From contig OZ024743.1 of assembly GCA_964016885.1 (NCBI GenBank), positions 347,882,001 to 347,946,000 of the forward strand: a DNA stretch of 64,000 nucleotides, written 5' to 3'. Under the pieces are notes generated by a model. It was not told the origin of the DNA, ran no database searches, and was given only the letters and a program-made list of their open reading frames with translations. The position numbers and the translations under genes are program-made. Every line of letters begins with the position of its first letter. Positions within the stretch are counted from its first letter, which is position 1. This DNA is from Eledone cirrhosa. Its lineage: Eukaryota. Below are positions 39,256 through 52,143 of the stretch, piece by piece.

Positions 39256-41160
39256 TTAACTGTATACTTTGTGAAAAGTTCTATGGAATTTATGCAGGCA
39301 GATAGAAAACAAATCTGAGCGTCTATTTATTATAGATTCTAGGTTAGAGATAATGGTAAATTTTTCATTTAGGCAGAGATTACAGATTTTAGATAGAGAG
39401 CTGTTCAAGTATGAGGATGCAGAAGAAATCCTTTTCCAAAAGATGTTATATTTAATGTTTTTGTCTTTTAAGGACCATATGAGTTCTGAGAGAGCAGTGT
39501 TAGTTCTTTTAAGTTTGTATTTGAAAGATGAATGATGATTATAGAGACGAGCTTTAAAAGAGGTGGAAGTGGAGCCAAAATAGGTGAAGGAATTGGTGCT
39601 AGTTATAATTTTACATTCATAAATTAAGTTTTTATCGAGGCAATGGTTGTTGAGAGGACATTTATTTTTAATGCGGCAGTTGCAATTAGAGAGATTATTA
39701 ATGAGTGATCTAGTGTTATCTATAGAAGGAATTGGATTGGAGAAGTTGTTTGCGATAGGAATAATAGGAATAATAGTTTCTTGATTTAGAGTTGGATTAT
39801 GAACATTTAGCGAAGTTGTGTTTGACGTTGTATTTGGGTTTACAGAAGTTAGCCTAGGGTTTACAATGACGTCGGGAGTACTATTACTGTTATTATGAAA
39901 TTCAATATTGGAAGGAAGAGATTTAGTATTTAATATTTTGTTGTTGTGTTTAGAGATGATGTTGGAAATATTGGAGGATGTAGAATACGAAAATTTGATG
40001 GTGTGTTTGTTAAATATTTTACTATAGATATGTGAGGGAGGGAAGCATTTATTTAAGGCACTAAAAAATAATTTAGGAATATTGTTATTAATAGAGATGG
40101 AGAAAGGAGCATTATACCAGATTATGTTTTTGTATCTAGGTCTTTTATTAAAATTATTGGAATGGTCAAGATTAATTATTCTACTGTAAGTTTTCCTAGA
40201 ATTTGTTTCTTTATTATATTTGATTTTATCTGGATAGCCGGCTTTAGAAAGTGCGTTATTATAGTAATTGGCGTTAGCATCAAAGATGTTTTTATTAGAA
40301 GATATGTTAGATATTCTATTTCCAATATTATTAACTATAGCATTCTTGATATTGGTAGGATGGTTAGATTTAAAGTTAACATAATTAAGATTCTCATTGT
40401 TTTTAAGGTAAGGGTAATATAGGCCAGTGTCAAGATTAAGAGATACATCCAAGAAATTAGCTAGTTTGATACTATTATCAAATTCAATTTTTAGGTTATG
40501 TTGGTTAAAGAGATTACGTATATTGTTCTTAATAATATTAAGTTTAACTATATTGCAATTTAGGATAGTAAAGAGTCCATCGTCACGATAAATTCCACCG
40601 CGAAGTTGAGGAATTTTCCGACTCAAAGAGTTCAAAATGAAGATACCAATTAAATCAGTTAATTGGGATGAATCGGATGCTCCCATTGTGATGTCGAAGT
40701 TGTTAGAGGTATCGGCTCTGGTCGAATATTCGTTGTTGAACTCTAGGATGGTTTTACGTGCGGTGAGGATGATGTGAAGTTCATCTGTGGTGATGTCAGA
40801 ATATTTAAGTGCAAAAGATAGAGCATTATTGAGAAGTGAAGGCGAAATGGAGGAATAGTAGCTGGCAATATCGAATTGAATAAATTTTAGTTTGTTTTTA
40901 TTATCCAATTTGTTGAACCAGCCAATCACTTCAGAAGTACCAAACCATAAATTTAGGTTTAAAGAAGAGCAATTAGAACTAACCTGTGGGATAATCCTAT
41001 CCAAGATGGCTTTACTAACAACCCCCAGATCAGATTTAGAGGGGGCGATTAATCTAACAGGTAGTTCAGTGCGAAAATTGCTTTTGTGATCCTTGAGATT
41101 TATCCTCGGAGTTCTTGGGAGGAATGGTTCGGTCTTTTTTTCAATGCCAAGTTTTGACAT
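39256..41160 (-). CDS. PLE family B RT + GIY-YIG, 5'-truncated, inverted arm
   Basis: 634 aa; QFDIASYY, MGAS, IYRDD, CNCRIKNKCPLNNHC, NLIY...YFG, CNLC. Confidence 0.9.
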   Translation of the reverse strand: MSKLGIEKKTEPFLPRTPRINLKDHKSNFRTELPVRLIAPSKSDLGVVSKAILDRIIPQVSSNCSSLNLNLWFGTSEVIGWFNKLDNKNKLKFIQFDIASYYSSISPSLLNNALSFALKYSDITTDELHIILTARKTILEFNNEYSTRADTSNNFDITMGASDSSQLTDLIGIFILNSLSRKIPQLRGGIYRDDGLFTILNCNIVKLNIIKNNIRNLFNQHNLKIEFDNSIKLANFLDVSLNLDTGLYYPYLKNNENLNYVNFKSNHPTNIKNAIVNNIGNRISNISSNKNIFDANANYYNNALSKAGYPDKIKYNKETNSRKTYSRIINLDHSNNFNKRPRYKNIIWYNAPFSISINNNIPKLFFSALNKCFPPSHIYSKIFNKHTIKFSYSTSSNISNIISKHNNKILNTKSLPSNIEFHNNSNSTPDVIVNPRLTSVNPNTTSNTTSLNVHNPTLNQETIIPIIPIANNFSNPIPSIDNTRSLINNLSNCNCRIKNKCPLNNHCLDKNLIYECKIITSTNSFTYFGSTSTSFKARLYNHHSSFKYKLKRTNTALSELIWSLKDKNIKYNIFWKRISSASSYLNSSLSKICNLCLNEKFTIISNLESIINRRSDLFSICLHKFHRTFHKVYS

Positions 41161-41234
41161 AATCTCATAGGCTTCAAGGTTTATGCATTCTAAATTTTCA
41201 TGGTTGGTTTTACGATACTTTTTCCTAAGTTCCT

Positions 41235-43361
41235 AAGGACCCTTACAAAGGACAAGAGCACCTTGTAAATCTCAAGAACACAATCTCTAACCTAAATTCC
41301 TCAAAAAATGTTTTAGTCCACTCTGACAAAACCAATAACCTATATGGTATTTCCAAGGATAATTATAACAACCTTATCCTAAAGGAACTTAGGAAAAAGT
41401 ATCGTAAAACCAACCATGAAAATTTAGAATGCATAAACCTTGAAGCCTATGAGATTATGTCAAAACTTGGCATTGAAAAAAAGACCGAACCATTCCTCCC
41501 AAGAACTCCGAGGATAAATCTCAAGGATCACAAAAGCAATTTTCGCACTGAACTACCTGTTAGATTAATCGCCCCCTCTAAATCTGATCTGGGGGTTGTT
41601 AGTAAAGCCATCTTGGATAGGATTATCCCACAGGTTAGTTCTAATTGCTCTTCTTTAAACCTAAATTTATGGTTTGGTACTTCTGAAGTGATTGGCTGGT
41701 TCAACAAATTGGATAATAAAAACAAACTAAAATTTATTCAATTCGATATTGCCAGCTACTATTCCTCCATTTCGCCTTCACTTCTCAATAATGCTCTATC
41801 TTTCGCACTTAAATATTCTGACATCACCACAGATGAACTTCACATCATCCTCACCGCACGTAAAACCATCCTAGAGTTCAACAACGAATATTGGACCAGA
41901 GCCGATACCTCTAACAACTTCGACATCACAATGGGAGCATCCGATTCATCCCAATTGACTGATTTAATTGGTATCTTCATTTTGAACTCTTTGAGTCGGA
42001 AAATTCCTCAACTTCGCGGTGGAATTTATCGTGACGATGGACTCTTTACTATCCTAAATTGCAATATAGTTAAACTTAATATTATTAAGAACAATATACG
42101 TAATCTCTTTAACCAACATAACCTAAAAATTGAATTTGATAATAGTATCAAACTAGCTAATTTCTTGGATGTATCTCTTAATCTTGACACTGGCCTATAT
42201 TACCCTTACCATAAAAACAATGAGAATCTTAATTATGTTAACTTTAAATCTAACCATCCTACCAATATCAAGAATGCTATAGTTAATAATATTGGAAATA
42301 GAATATCTAACATATCTTCTAATAAAAACATCTTTGATGCTAACGCCAATTACTATAATAACGCACTTTCTAAAGCCGGCTATCCAGATAAAATCAAATA
42401 TAATAAAGAAACAAATTCTAGGAAAACTTACAGTAGAATAATTAATCTTGACCATTCCAATAATTTTAATAAAAGACCTAGATACAAAAACATAATCTGG
42501 TATAATGCTCCTTTCTCCATCTCTATTAATAACAATATTCCTAAATTATTTTTTAGTGCCTTAAATAAATGCTTCCCTCCCTCACATATCTATAGTAAAA
42601 TATTTAACAAACACACCATCAAATTTTCGTATTCTACATCCTCCAATATTTCCAACATCATCTTTAAACACAACAACAAAATATTAAATACTAAATCTCT
42701 TCCTTCCAATATTGAATTTCATAATAACAGTAATAGTACTCCCGACGTCATTGTAAACCCTAGGCTAACTTCTGTAAACCCAAATACAACGTCAAACACA
42801 ACTTCGCTAAATGTTCATAATCCAACTCTAAATCAAGAAACTATTATTCCTATTATTCCTATCGCAAACAACTTCTCCAATCCAATTCCTTCTATAGATA
42901 ACACTAGATCACTCATTAATAATCTCTCTAATTGCAACTGCCGCATTAAAAATAAATGTCCTCTCAACAACCATTGCCTCGATAAAAACTTAATTTATGA
43001 ATGTAAAATTATAACTAGCACCAATTCCTTCACCTATTTTGGCTCCACTTCCACCTCTTTTAAAGCTCGTCTCTATAATCATCATTCATCTTTCAAATAC
43101 AAACTTAAAAGAACTAACACTGCTCTCTCAGAACTCATATGGTCCTTAAAAGACAAAAACATTAAATATAACATCTTTTGGAAAAAGATTTCTTCTGCAT
43201 CCTCATACTTGAACAGCTCTCTATCTAAAATCTGTAATCTCTGCCTAAATGAAAAATTTACCATTATCTCTAACCTAGAATCTATAATAAATAGACGCTC
43301 AGATTTGTTTTCTATCTGCCTGCATAAATTCCATAGAACTTTTCACAAAGTATACAGTTAA
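41235..43361 (+). CDS. PLE family B RT + GIY-YIG, 5'-truncated (open from 41235; first Met 41457)
   Basis: Spacer reads in frame KDPYKGQEHL..SDKTNNLYG..LILKELRKKY, matching family A; 4 aa differences from the inverted copy. Confidence 0.9.
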   Translation, partial: KDPYKGQEHLVNLKNTISNLNSSKNVLVHSDKTNNLYGISKDNYNNLILKELRKKYRKTNHENLECINLEAYEIMSKLGIEKKTEPFLPRTPRINLKDHKSNFRTELPVRLIAPSKSDLGVVSKAILDRIIPQVSSNCSSLNLNLWFGTSEVIGWFNKLDNKNKLKFIQFDIASYYSSISPSLLNNALSFALKYSDITTDELHIILTARKTILEFNNEYWTRADTSNNFDITMGASDSSQLTDLIGIFILNSLSRKIPQLRGGIYRDDGLFTILNCNIVKLNIIKNNIRNLFNQHNLKIEFDNSIKLANFLDVSLNLDTGLYYPYHKNNENLNYVNFKSNHPTNIKNAIVNNIGNRISNISSNKNIFDANANYYNNALSKAGYPDKIKYNKETNSRKTYSRIINLDHSNNFNKRPRYKNIIWYNAPFSISINNNIPKLFFSALNKCFPPSHIYSKIFNKHTIKFSYSTSSNISNIIFKHNNKILNTKSLPSNIEFHNNSNSTPDVIVNPRLTSVNPNTTSNTTSLNVHNPTLNQETIIPIIPIANNFSNPIPSIDNTRSLINNLSNCNCRIKNKCPLNNHCLDKNLIYECKIITSTNSFTYFGSTSTSFKARLYNHHSSFKYKLKRTNTALSELIWSLKDKNIKYNIFWKKISSASSYLNSSLSKICNLCLNEKFTIISNLESIINRRSDLFSICLHKFHRTFHKVYS

Positions 43362-44134
43362 TATTCAATTCTTTATCAATTTAGAATCTTTTCTCAAAGG
43401 CACATATACATACACCTCTTTAAAATATACCCATCTACCTTACTTTAAAGGGCATTATACACTCTATAATACTTGTTTACTCATTACCCTCATTCTATCT
43501 TCTCGTAAAATAATAACATTTGTTTTTGACATTTTGAATATTCATCCGCAATCATTATTATTTTTTTTCTCTCTATCATAAATCTTTTTAATCTCAATTT
43601 CATCCTTAATTTATTATTATTTTTTTCTCCCCATCAACGAACTCATTATTAATACATATCAATTCAATATACAAACTTTAACTTCACATTATTTTTCTCA
43701 AATCCTTCTACACTTCTCAAATCCTTCTACCTTAACAATTTTTCTCTTCGCTAATTTTGAAATTGCCACAATACATACATTTCTTCTTTTGACGTTAGAA
43801 TATTCACCCACAATTATTATTTTTTTCTCTCTATCTTCATACATAATTTCCCTTCGTTAATTTTCAAATTCCTTTAATTTATACATTATCTTCCAACGGT
43901 TCCCAACCTCTCTATATTAAAACAATATATCTTTTTCTCAGTTATAAAAACTATCTCTTTCTCTCTATCACCCATCTCTCCCTCTCATCTCCTTCCCTTT
44001 TCATCCTTCTCCCCCCCCTCTCTAAATAAAATATTTTTCCCAATATCACACATCAATCTAAAACCACTTTTCATATGTTGATTTAAAACTGCACTATCAA
44101 CAAGTGTTTGTTTAGCCTTCATATCATGTTCAGC

Positions 44135-44205
44135 TGTTTTATCTGATGAAAACACAAATATTATTGCTTGATGATGTTTGTTTTTGAAATGCGCATAATA
44201 AAATA
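44135..44205 (+). ncRNA. Minimal hammerhead, family B right arm
   Basis: tgttttat-CTGATGA-long stem II-GAAA-tgcgca-TA|ataaaata. Confidence 0.8.
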
Positions 44206-44338
44206 TATGGAACTCCTTTAACCATCTTTTGATCTTATATTATGCATACTCCAGTCCCACAAACTGTAGAGTGCTTCTTATCCGATATCTGCATTGCTTT
44301 ATTGTACTACAATATAACTCACCTCCTACATATATTGG

Positions 44339-44384
<46 letters not shown>

Positions 44385-44805
44385 CGTGTATATTACAGAT
44401 TATCTATTGGTATATATATATATATATGTATATTACAGATTAACTGGTTCCAGTGAATAGGCTGCAGCAATGCTGCGGCCATGTTACAACAATACTAGAT
44501 ATAGACGATCATATCAACCATATCACATATGTGTTTAAGTTTACGTTTATCAATCGCATTTTGTCGAACATTTAAGGTACGTGACATAAATGTAGACACA
44601 TACTCAAGTGTCAACTGTTAGGAACACACAGTGGCACTCATCCATATATGTAGACAAACCACTGAATTCTTCGGTCTCCGTTTTCTAAACAAAGACTGAA
44701 CCCGGTGTCACGTGATTGTGAAGCAAACTCCTTAACTGCGCAGTCACGCCTGCGCCTGTATATACTTACACATGCACGCACACGCACACACATACGCACA
44801 CACAG

Positions 44806-44875
<70 letters not shown>

Positions 44876-45607
44876 ACACACACAGAAGATTCCGTTAAGG
44901 ATGAAAGCACCGATTATTTGCTTAAACTTTAATGTTTTTATAATATATATATGTAATTAAAATTGAAAAGATACATTTAAAGAGAGCGACAGTGTTGTAT
45001 TATTTGAGAAACACATAGCATTTTGGACGCGCAAAATATTAAGGAAAAATACATTCTTAAAGTGGGAAAAGCTATATTTTCCTAACAGTATAGTTTCATA
45101 ATCCAGACGACGTAGGCTAAAGGAGAATCATTCTAAGCCAACGGTTATCGATTACCACCTATCGTTTTCGGTAAAGCCAACGGAAGACAAGGAACTAATC
45201 ATCAAAGGAAATTATTTTTACATATGTCCCACATTGTTCAGTATACCTACCTATATATCTGTTTAGTCAGTCTAAGCTTCAACTCCACATGGTGTTAAAA
45301 AATTTTCTTGACAAGGGCAAATATAAATAGGAGTAGGTATCTGATCTGCTAGAAACAGTAGTGAATTCTCTGTTACAAATTAATCAACTCAACAAATCAA
45401 TATATTTGGACCAGTTAAATACAGTGTTAAGGTGTCAGAGCATATTTAATATGTATCATGACAATGGATCTCTTTAAATTAGCTAAATGGCGTTGTGTTC
45501 AAAGCGTCAATAATCCAAATCAAAAGATATATTTAGAAAGAAAGAAAGAGTCATATATCATTTGAGAAACAGATTATTTTGTACATATAACATATATATA
45601 TATAAAG

Positions 45608-45665
<58 letters not shown>

Positions 45666-45689
45666 ATAATAATAAATTTGAAGACTAAA

Positions 45690-46330
45690 ATCCAAAGATG
45701 GCTCGATAAGGATAAATATATATCAAATATATAAGAACCGTAGAGCTAATATTTATTAAAATAACAGATTAAAGTCTAAGCAAAGAATCGCTGCTTTCAC
45801 CCTTAACGGGATCTTCTGAAACTAACAAAGTCAATCTGTAAACGCAGAAGTGGATATTTAAAAAACCGTTGCAACCGGAGGAAGACAGGAAGACTATACT
45901 TTGGTTCGTTGAAACGTTCGCTGGCAAAGAACGGGAAAAAACGAATATAATTGTTTCTACTTTAGGCACAAGGCCAGCAATTACCCAGTGCATTACTGGT
46001 ACTTTATTTTATCGACCCCGTAAGGATGAAAGGCAAAGTCAACCTCGGCGGGATTTGAAATCAGATCGTAAAGGGACGTAACTATGCTGGAAAGCATGGC
46101 GCCCGACCCTCTACCGATACTGCTAATCCACGAATATAATACGTCATTAATAGGAGCGGAGAAAAACAATTACGCGCAAAGACAGAACCACGTTTATGGT
46201 GTAAAAGAAGTCGTAGACTAATATTCTCTTAGGTGGTTCATAGAGACGTTCTCTGGCAATGAACGAAAAAACGAAGATAATGCGTCATATGTGGAGCTTG
46301 GAGAACAACAGCACGCAAAGACAAAACCAC
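45690..46330 (-). mobile_element. Repeat family F with hammerhead-like core; other copies 44883-44942 (+) and 51418-51655 (-)
   Basis: CAGAAGA-tcccgttaagggt-GAAA core; interrupted by a SINE. Ends approximate. Confidence 0.6.
45948..46130 (-). mobile_element. tRNA-SINE family 1 with 11-bp TSD
   Basis: acgaatataat at 45941-45951 and 46130-46140; the family F copy near 51608 has the empty site. Confidence 0.88.
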
Positions 46331-46419
46331 GTAAATGGTATAGCAGAATTCATAGACTAAATTCTAACTAGGAGACCGAATGAATCTCCGCTTCAGAGTT
46401 AAGAACAAAGTAAATAAAC

Positions 46420-46557
<138 letters not shown>

Positions 46558-46921
46558 GTGTGTGTGCGTGTGTGTGTGTGTGTTTTGCAACGGGTCACTT
46601 TGTGGCGCAATGAAGAGTTAATAAATTAAATAATCAGAGCCATATATCATAAAACATGTCTATAGAATCACCAGAAAAATATATACCGTTTCCTCTCCCA
46701 ATTAGCATAATTAACCATATAAAAAATCGATTAGACCAAGCTATAAGAATAAAGGCTTCTATGAAGAAATCTCCGACAAATAACCGAAAGCAGCCCTTTG
46801 CGGCGGTTGCGACGGAGTATTTATCGAGTATTTCGACAGCGTGTATACATCGACCAGATATACAGTCAACTAAACAGAATTAGGTGTAAAATAAACTAGA
46901 AGAAAAGTGAACATATTTAGT

Positions 46922-47001
46922 TACCTCTACCATGGTTTCGTCCGCATTTTAAGATATCCGATAACATTGGATATCTGGAGCAACGGACTCTTCAGGAGTT
47001 A
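46922..47001 (-). ncRNA. Hammerhead ribozyme
   Basis: taactc-CTGAAGA-gtccg...cggac-GAAA-ccatgg-TA|gaggta. Confidence 0.82.
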
Positions 47002-47244
47002 GCTCAAATTTAGACAATTAATTTTCCAAAGTGATCGCGCCAAGAATACATTCAAAAATGGCTAAGAATCGTGACGTAGCAGCGGCCGGCCAAGTTAGAA
47101 AAAATGTGATTAGTTGGTAACGGCTGGTGGCCTTTTGCTAGAAAGCGCAGCCCAATACAGCCAAAATTGTATCTCAACCTAACGGAAGATTATTGCATAT
47201 AAAGGTTTACATATATATATATATATATATATATGTTTACCCTA

Positions 47245-47279
<35 letters not shown>

Positions 47280-47989
47280 TGTGTTTTGCAACGGGTCACT
47301 TTGTGGCTCAATGAAGAGTTAATAAATTAAATAATCAGAGTTATATATCATAAAACATGTCTATAGAATCACCAGATAAAATATATACCGTTTCCTCTCC
47401 CAATTAGCATAATTAACCATAATTGACCATAATACTCCAAAGTGATCACGCCAAGAATACAGCTAATTCTGTTTAGTTGACTGTAGATCTGGTCGATGTA
47501 TACACGCTGTCGAAATACTCGATAAATACTCCGTCGCAAACGCCGCGAAGGGGCTGCTTTCGGTTATTTGTCGGAGATTTCTTCATAGAAGCCTTTATTC
47601 TTATAGCTTGGTCTAATCGATTTTTTATATGTTTAATTATTCTAATTGGGAGAGGAAACGGTATATATTTTATCTGGTGATTCTATAGACATGTTTTATG
47701 ATATATGGCTCTGATTATTTAATTTATTAACTCTTCATTGAGCCACAAAGTGACCCGTTGCAAAACACACACATATATATATATGTAAACCTTTATATGT
47801 AATAATCTCCCGTTAGGTTGAGATACAATTTTGGCTGTATTAGGCTGCGCTTTCTAGCAAAAGGCCACCAACCGTAAGCAACTAATCACATTCTTTCTAG
47901 CTTGACCGCTGCTACGTCACGATTCTTAGCCATTTTTGAATGTATTCTTGGCGCGATCACTTTGGAAAATTAATTGTCTAAATTTGAGC

Positions 47990-48069
47990 TAACTCCTGAA
48001 GAGTCCGGTACTCCAGATGTCCAATGTTATCGGATATCTTAAAATACAGACGAAACCATGGTAGAGGTA
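47990..48069 (+). ncRNA. Hammerhead ribozyme
   Basis: Mirror copy: CTGAAGA-gtc...gac-GAAA-ccatgg-TA. Confidence 0.78.
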
Positions 48070-48341
48070 ACTAAATATGTTCACTTTTCTCCTAATTTAT
48101 TTTACACCTAATTCTGTTTAGTTGACTGTATATCTGGTCGATTTATACACGCTGTCGAAATACTCGATAAATACTCCGTCGCAACCGCTGCAAAGGGCTG
48201 CTTTCGGTTATTTGTCGGAGATTTCTTCGTAGAAGCCTTTATTCTTATAGCTTGGTCTAATCGATTTTTTTATGGTTAATTATGCTAATTGGGAGAGGAA
48301 ACGGTATATATTTTATCTGGTGATTCTATAGACATGTTTTA

Positions 48342-48453
<112 letters not shown>

Positions 48454-48465
48454 ATATATATATAT

Positions 48466-48666
48466 TAACAAAGGAATTGTGGTAAGGAGCCCGATGGACC
48501 ATAACGCACCAGAGTACTCAATACTTAGGGTAGTAGAGTGGGAAATAGGAAAAAGTATGACCCCGACGGCAGAGCTCTAGCGGTTTCGACGGCTATTTCT
48601 GGACAGTCCAGAAATAGCCGTCGAAACGGCTTGAGCTCTGCCGCCGGGGTCATACTATTTTCCTAT
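48466..48666 (-). mobile_element. Fold-back element family D, second copy, in (TA)n
   Basis: Tail 48466-48544, hairpin 48545-48666 centred on ctggac-a-gtccag. Confidence 0.8.
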
Positions 48667-48926
48667 ATATATATATATATATATACATGCATACATACAT
48701 GCATAGTACATTCATACATACATAATTACATATAAACATAAATACATAAAAACATATATACATACATACTCACATGCATGTGTATATAGTTATTACTTAA
48801 AAATAAAAATAAAGGTCCAAACCACAAAATGGCATCCACGTTGATATATAAATATATCGTCATAAATAACTCTAAAATACATTCTGACATAGCTATATCG
48901 GCTTATGCAAATTTTGTACTTTCACT

Positions 48927-48977
<51 letters not shown>

Positions 48978-49271
48978 AAGTACATAACATATCAACATTC
49001 CCAAACATGGAACATTTTAACGTAATAACATGCTTAAAAACAGTAGTCCAGCTCAAATCCTGTAACACAATAGTGTAGTTGAGTTGGTGATTATCTGGGG
49101 TTATTTATGTTTTATGGAGGATTCGGGGTTAACAGGAAATGCCTGTAAAAGATACGTTGTCACGGCATGATGGAGGTGCCTTTGAAATGTTCGCGAATAT
49201 TTTATATGTAAGAAGATATTATTGCTGTTAATCTTCATAAATCAAGCTCAGTAATATATTTATTTGTATAT

Positions 49272-49352
<81 letters not shown>

Positions 49353-49413
49353 TGTGTGTGTGTGTGTGAAAGTACAAAATTTGCATAAGCCGATATAGCT
49401 ATGTTAGTATGTA

Positions 49414-49452
<39 letters not shown>

Positions 49453-50402
49453 TGTATATATGCGCACGCGTGTGTAAATACATACATATCATGCATGCAT
49501 ACACATACATACATAAATACACACATAGATATGTATACATATATATATATGTGTGTGTGTGTGTATATATGTGTGTGTCTGTGTGTGTGTGTGTGTGTGA
49601 AGTTACATCATTTTCTTTCCCTTACGCTTGTTTCTGCGATCATGCCCGCTCTTGTGTCTACTATGAAGGTTATGCTGAATTGCATTATTGTGATTATGTT
49701 ATAATATAAAACATGTTTACTTCCTCTGGGAAACTTTAAAAGTGTCCTTAATAAAAGCAACATAGGTGTTTCTGTTAACAATCCCAGTAACTTTGGCACA
49801 CATAGCCAGTAGATGATAGACGCTGATCTAGTTAAAAATAAAGAAATACAATATATAATGAAACTTAAATATATGTAATAAACAAAGATCATGTTTGCTC
49901 GAGAGCAATAAATGGAAAATAGTTATTCTGGTAAAGAATATATGATTTGACATCAATATCTTGATAAAACAAATCTTACACAAATCTTTAAAAATATAAA
50001 GGGAACAAACGCATACACGTTCTGGAAGATGAACAATTAATATAAATAGGTATTAATAGAGTAAGGTCTGTTAATTGGTTACTTAAAAATCCCCTGGTAT
50101 TTTAAAAACTAATTATATTTTTGAAGAGGGCAGAATAATTACTTTCCCTTTAAAAGGAGACCTTACTTTATAAAAGCACTTATTGCCTGACTAGTGTCAT
50201 AACATTTGAGAATAGGCATTATGGGATAAATGAAAATTATTCAAATTTTCTAAGTGTTTAGAGTTTACACACCAATGTATAGAATTTCAACACGAAATCA
50301 TTAAAGAAAAAAATGTATCGTCATATACTATTTGATAGCTAGAAATATACAGGGGACTATCAAGATTACCGAGTAAAATTTAATCTTCAAGATTGATTAA
50401 GC

Positions 50403-50684
50403 CAGGCATGGGAAACCTTTTTCGAGAAGTGGACGCATGAAATATGGATTATCATCAGGCGGGCCGCAAGCGCTAATTTACATTCGTAACCACATTTAAA
50501 AAGAAAGGTGGTAACTCAAGTTGTTTTGATTTGTTTCTTCAGAATTCCTACTTGTTGTTTCCCTCGATCGTAAAATGATAGAAAGATAAATTACGATTGA
50601 AAAGTTGGTAAAAAAACCCAGAAATTTAGGTGACTTAGGCGAGCCATTAAGAAAGCTTCGCGGGCCGCAGGTTGCCCTTGATTG
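50403..50684. mobile_element. hAT-like MITE
   Basis: Imperfect TIRs caggcatgggaaacct / aggttgcccttgattg (12/16), gggccgca subterminal motifs, 8-bp TSD gattaagc / gattaaac. Confidence 0.6.
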
Positions 50685-51326
50685 GATTAAACTCTTGAGA
50701 ACGAAAATGGCAAACAATTTTTATACTACGACAAGTAAAGTTTCTGGATATTTCACAGGGCCACCAGTCGTCGAACATGACTCGACAATCCACCCTATAG
50801 GGTTAGGCCAACTACTTAAGGGCCATTGTAACTATTATATTAATTTTAATGCTTCCGGAAATATTTTTATGTTGTATGTCAACGATTTCTTTTCACAATC
50901 TTATTAAACACCGGCATTTAATCCGCACTCCTACCCTCTACACTCATCAATTCAAATGCTCTCGCGCCCAACCAATTCAAATCGCCTTTGGCAATTTTCT
51001 TTCGGTTATACAAATTTGGGATTACTGTGTGAAATAATAATATAATAATTATCTCGAATGTAAATATATGTGCATAACACATTCGCACACACACACGCAC
51101 ACAAACAGAAATATATATATATATATATACATATGTATATATATATTATTGAAATATTATTTTCTTTTTCACGGTGAAAGCTTTTTAATAAGAAAAAACC
51201 CGACAGTTGTAACTACATTAAATGGGTTTTACATTTTCAAATATACGCATACATATTGTTTATTAAACATATAAGTCTACAGACCCAGACACATACAAAT
51301 AAATATATACATATGTGTAAATATTT

Positions 51327-51393
<67 letters not shown>

Positions 51394-51669
51394 CAAATAT
51401 ATATATATATATATATATTTATTAAAATAACAGATTAAAGTTTAAGCAAAGAATCGCTGCTTTCACCCTTAACGGGATCTTCTGAAACTAACAAAGTCAA
51501 TCTGTAAACGCAGAACTGGATATTTCAAAAAACGTTGCAACCGGAGGAAGACAGGAAGACGATACTTTGGTTCGTGGTAACGTTCGCTGGCAAAGAACGG
51601 GAAAAAACGAATAATACGTCAATAATAGGAGCGGTGAAAAACAATTACGCGCAAATATATATATATATA

Positions 51670-51871
51670 TAGAAGTGGTTACACAACAGTTTGTTCGCCA
51701 TACCGAGAACATTTGTTTCACCTTAGCGGATCCTCAGCTCAGGATCCGCTAAGGTAAAACAATTGTTCCCGGTATGGTGAACTAGCTGTTCTGTAACCAC
51801 TTCTACCTAACTCGTCCCATGGACTCAGTGCTCTACCACTACGGATATTACCTTCCAGTGTTCTACCACTA
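51670..51871 (+). mobile_element. PLE family C mini fold-back (hairpin 51670-51805 + tail) in (TA)n
   Basis: Same end points as 36970-37736; folds back inside the hammerhead core. Confidence 0.82.
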
Positions 51872-51961
51872 TATATATATATGTATATATATACATACAT
51901 ATATACATATATATACATACATATATATATATATATTTTCACCGTATAAAAATACGGTAAA

Positions 51962-51992
<31 letters not shown>

Positions 51993-52050
51993 AATGTATA
52001 TATGTATGTATATATATATATGTATATATATATATATGTATATATCTATG

Positions 52051-52143
<93 letters not shown>

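Larger units (their letters stand above)
38135..44344. mobile_element. PLE family B giant head-to-head palindrome with tail and 15-bp TSD
   Basis: Arms 38147-41234 / 41383-44243, 148-bp spacer, tail 44244-44329; atatattggtatata at 38135-38149 and 44330-44344. Confidence 0.92.
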
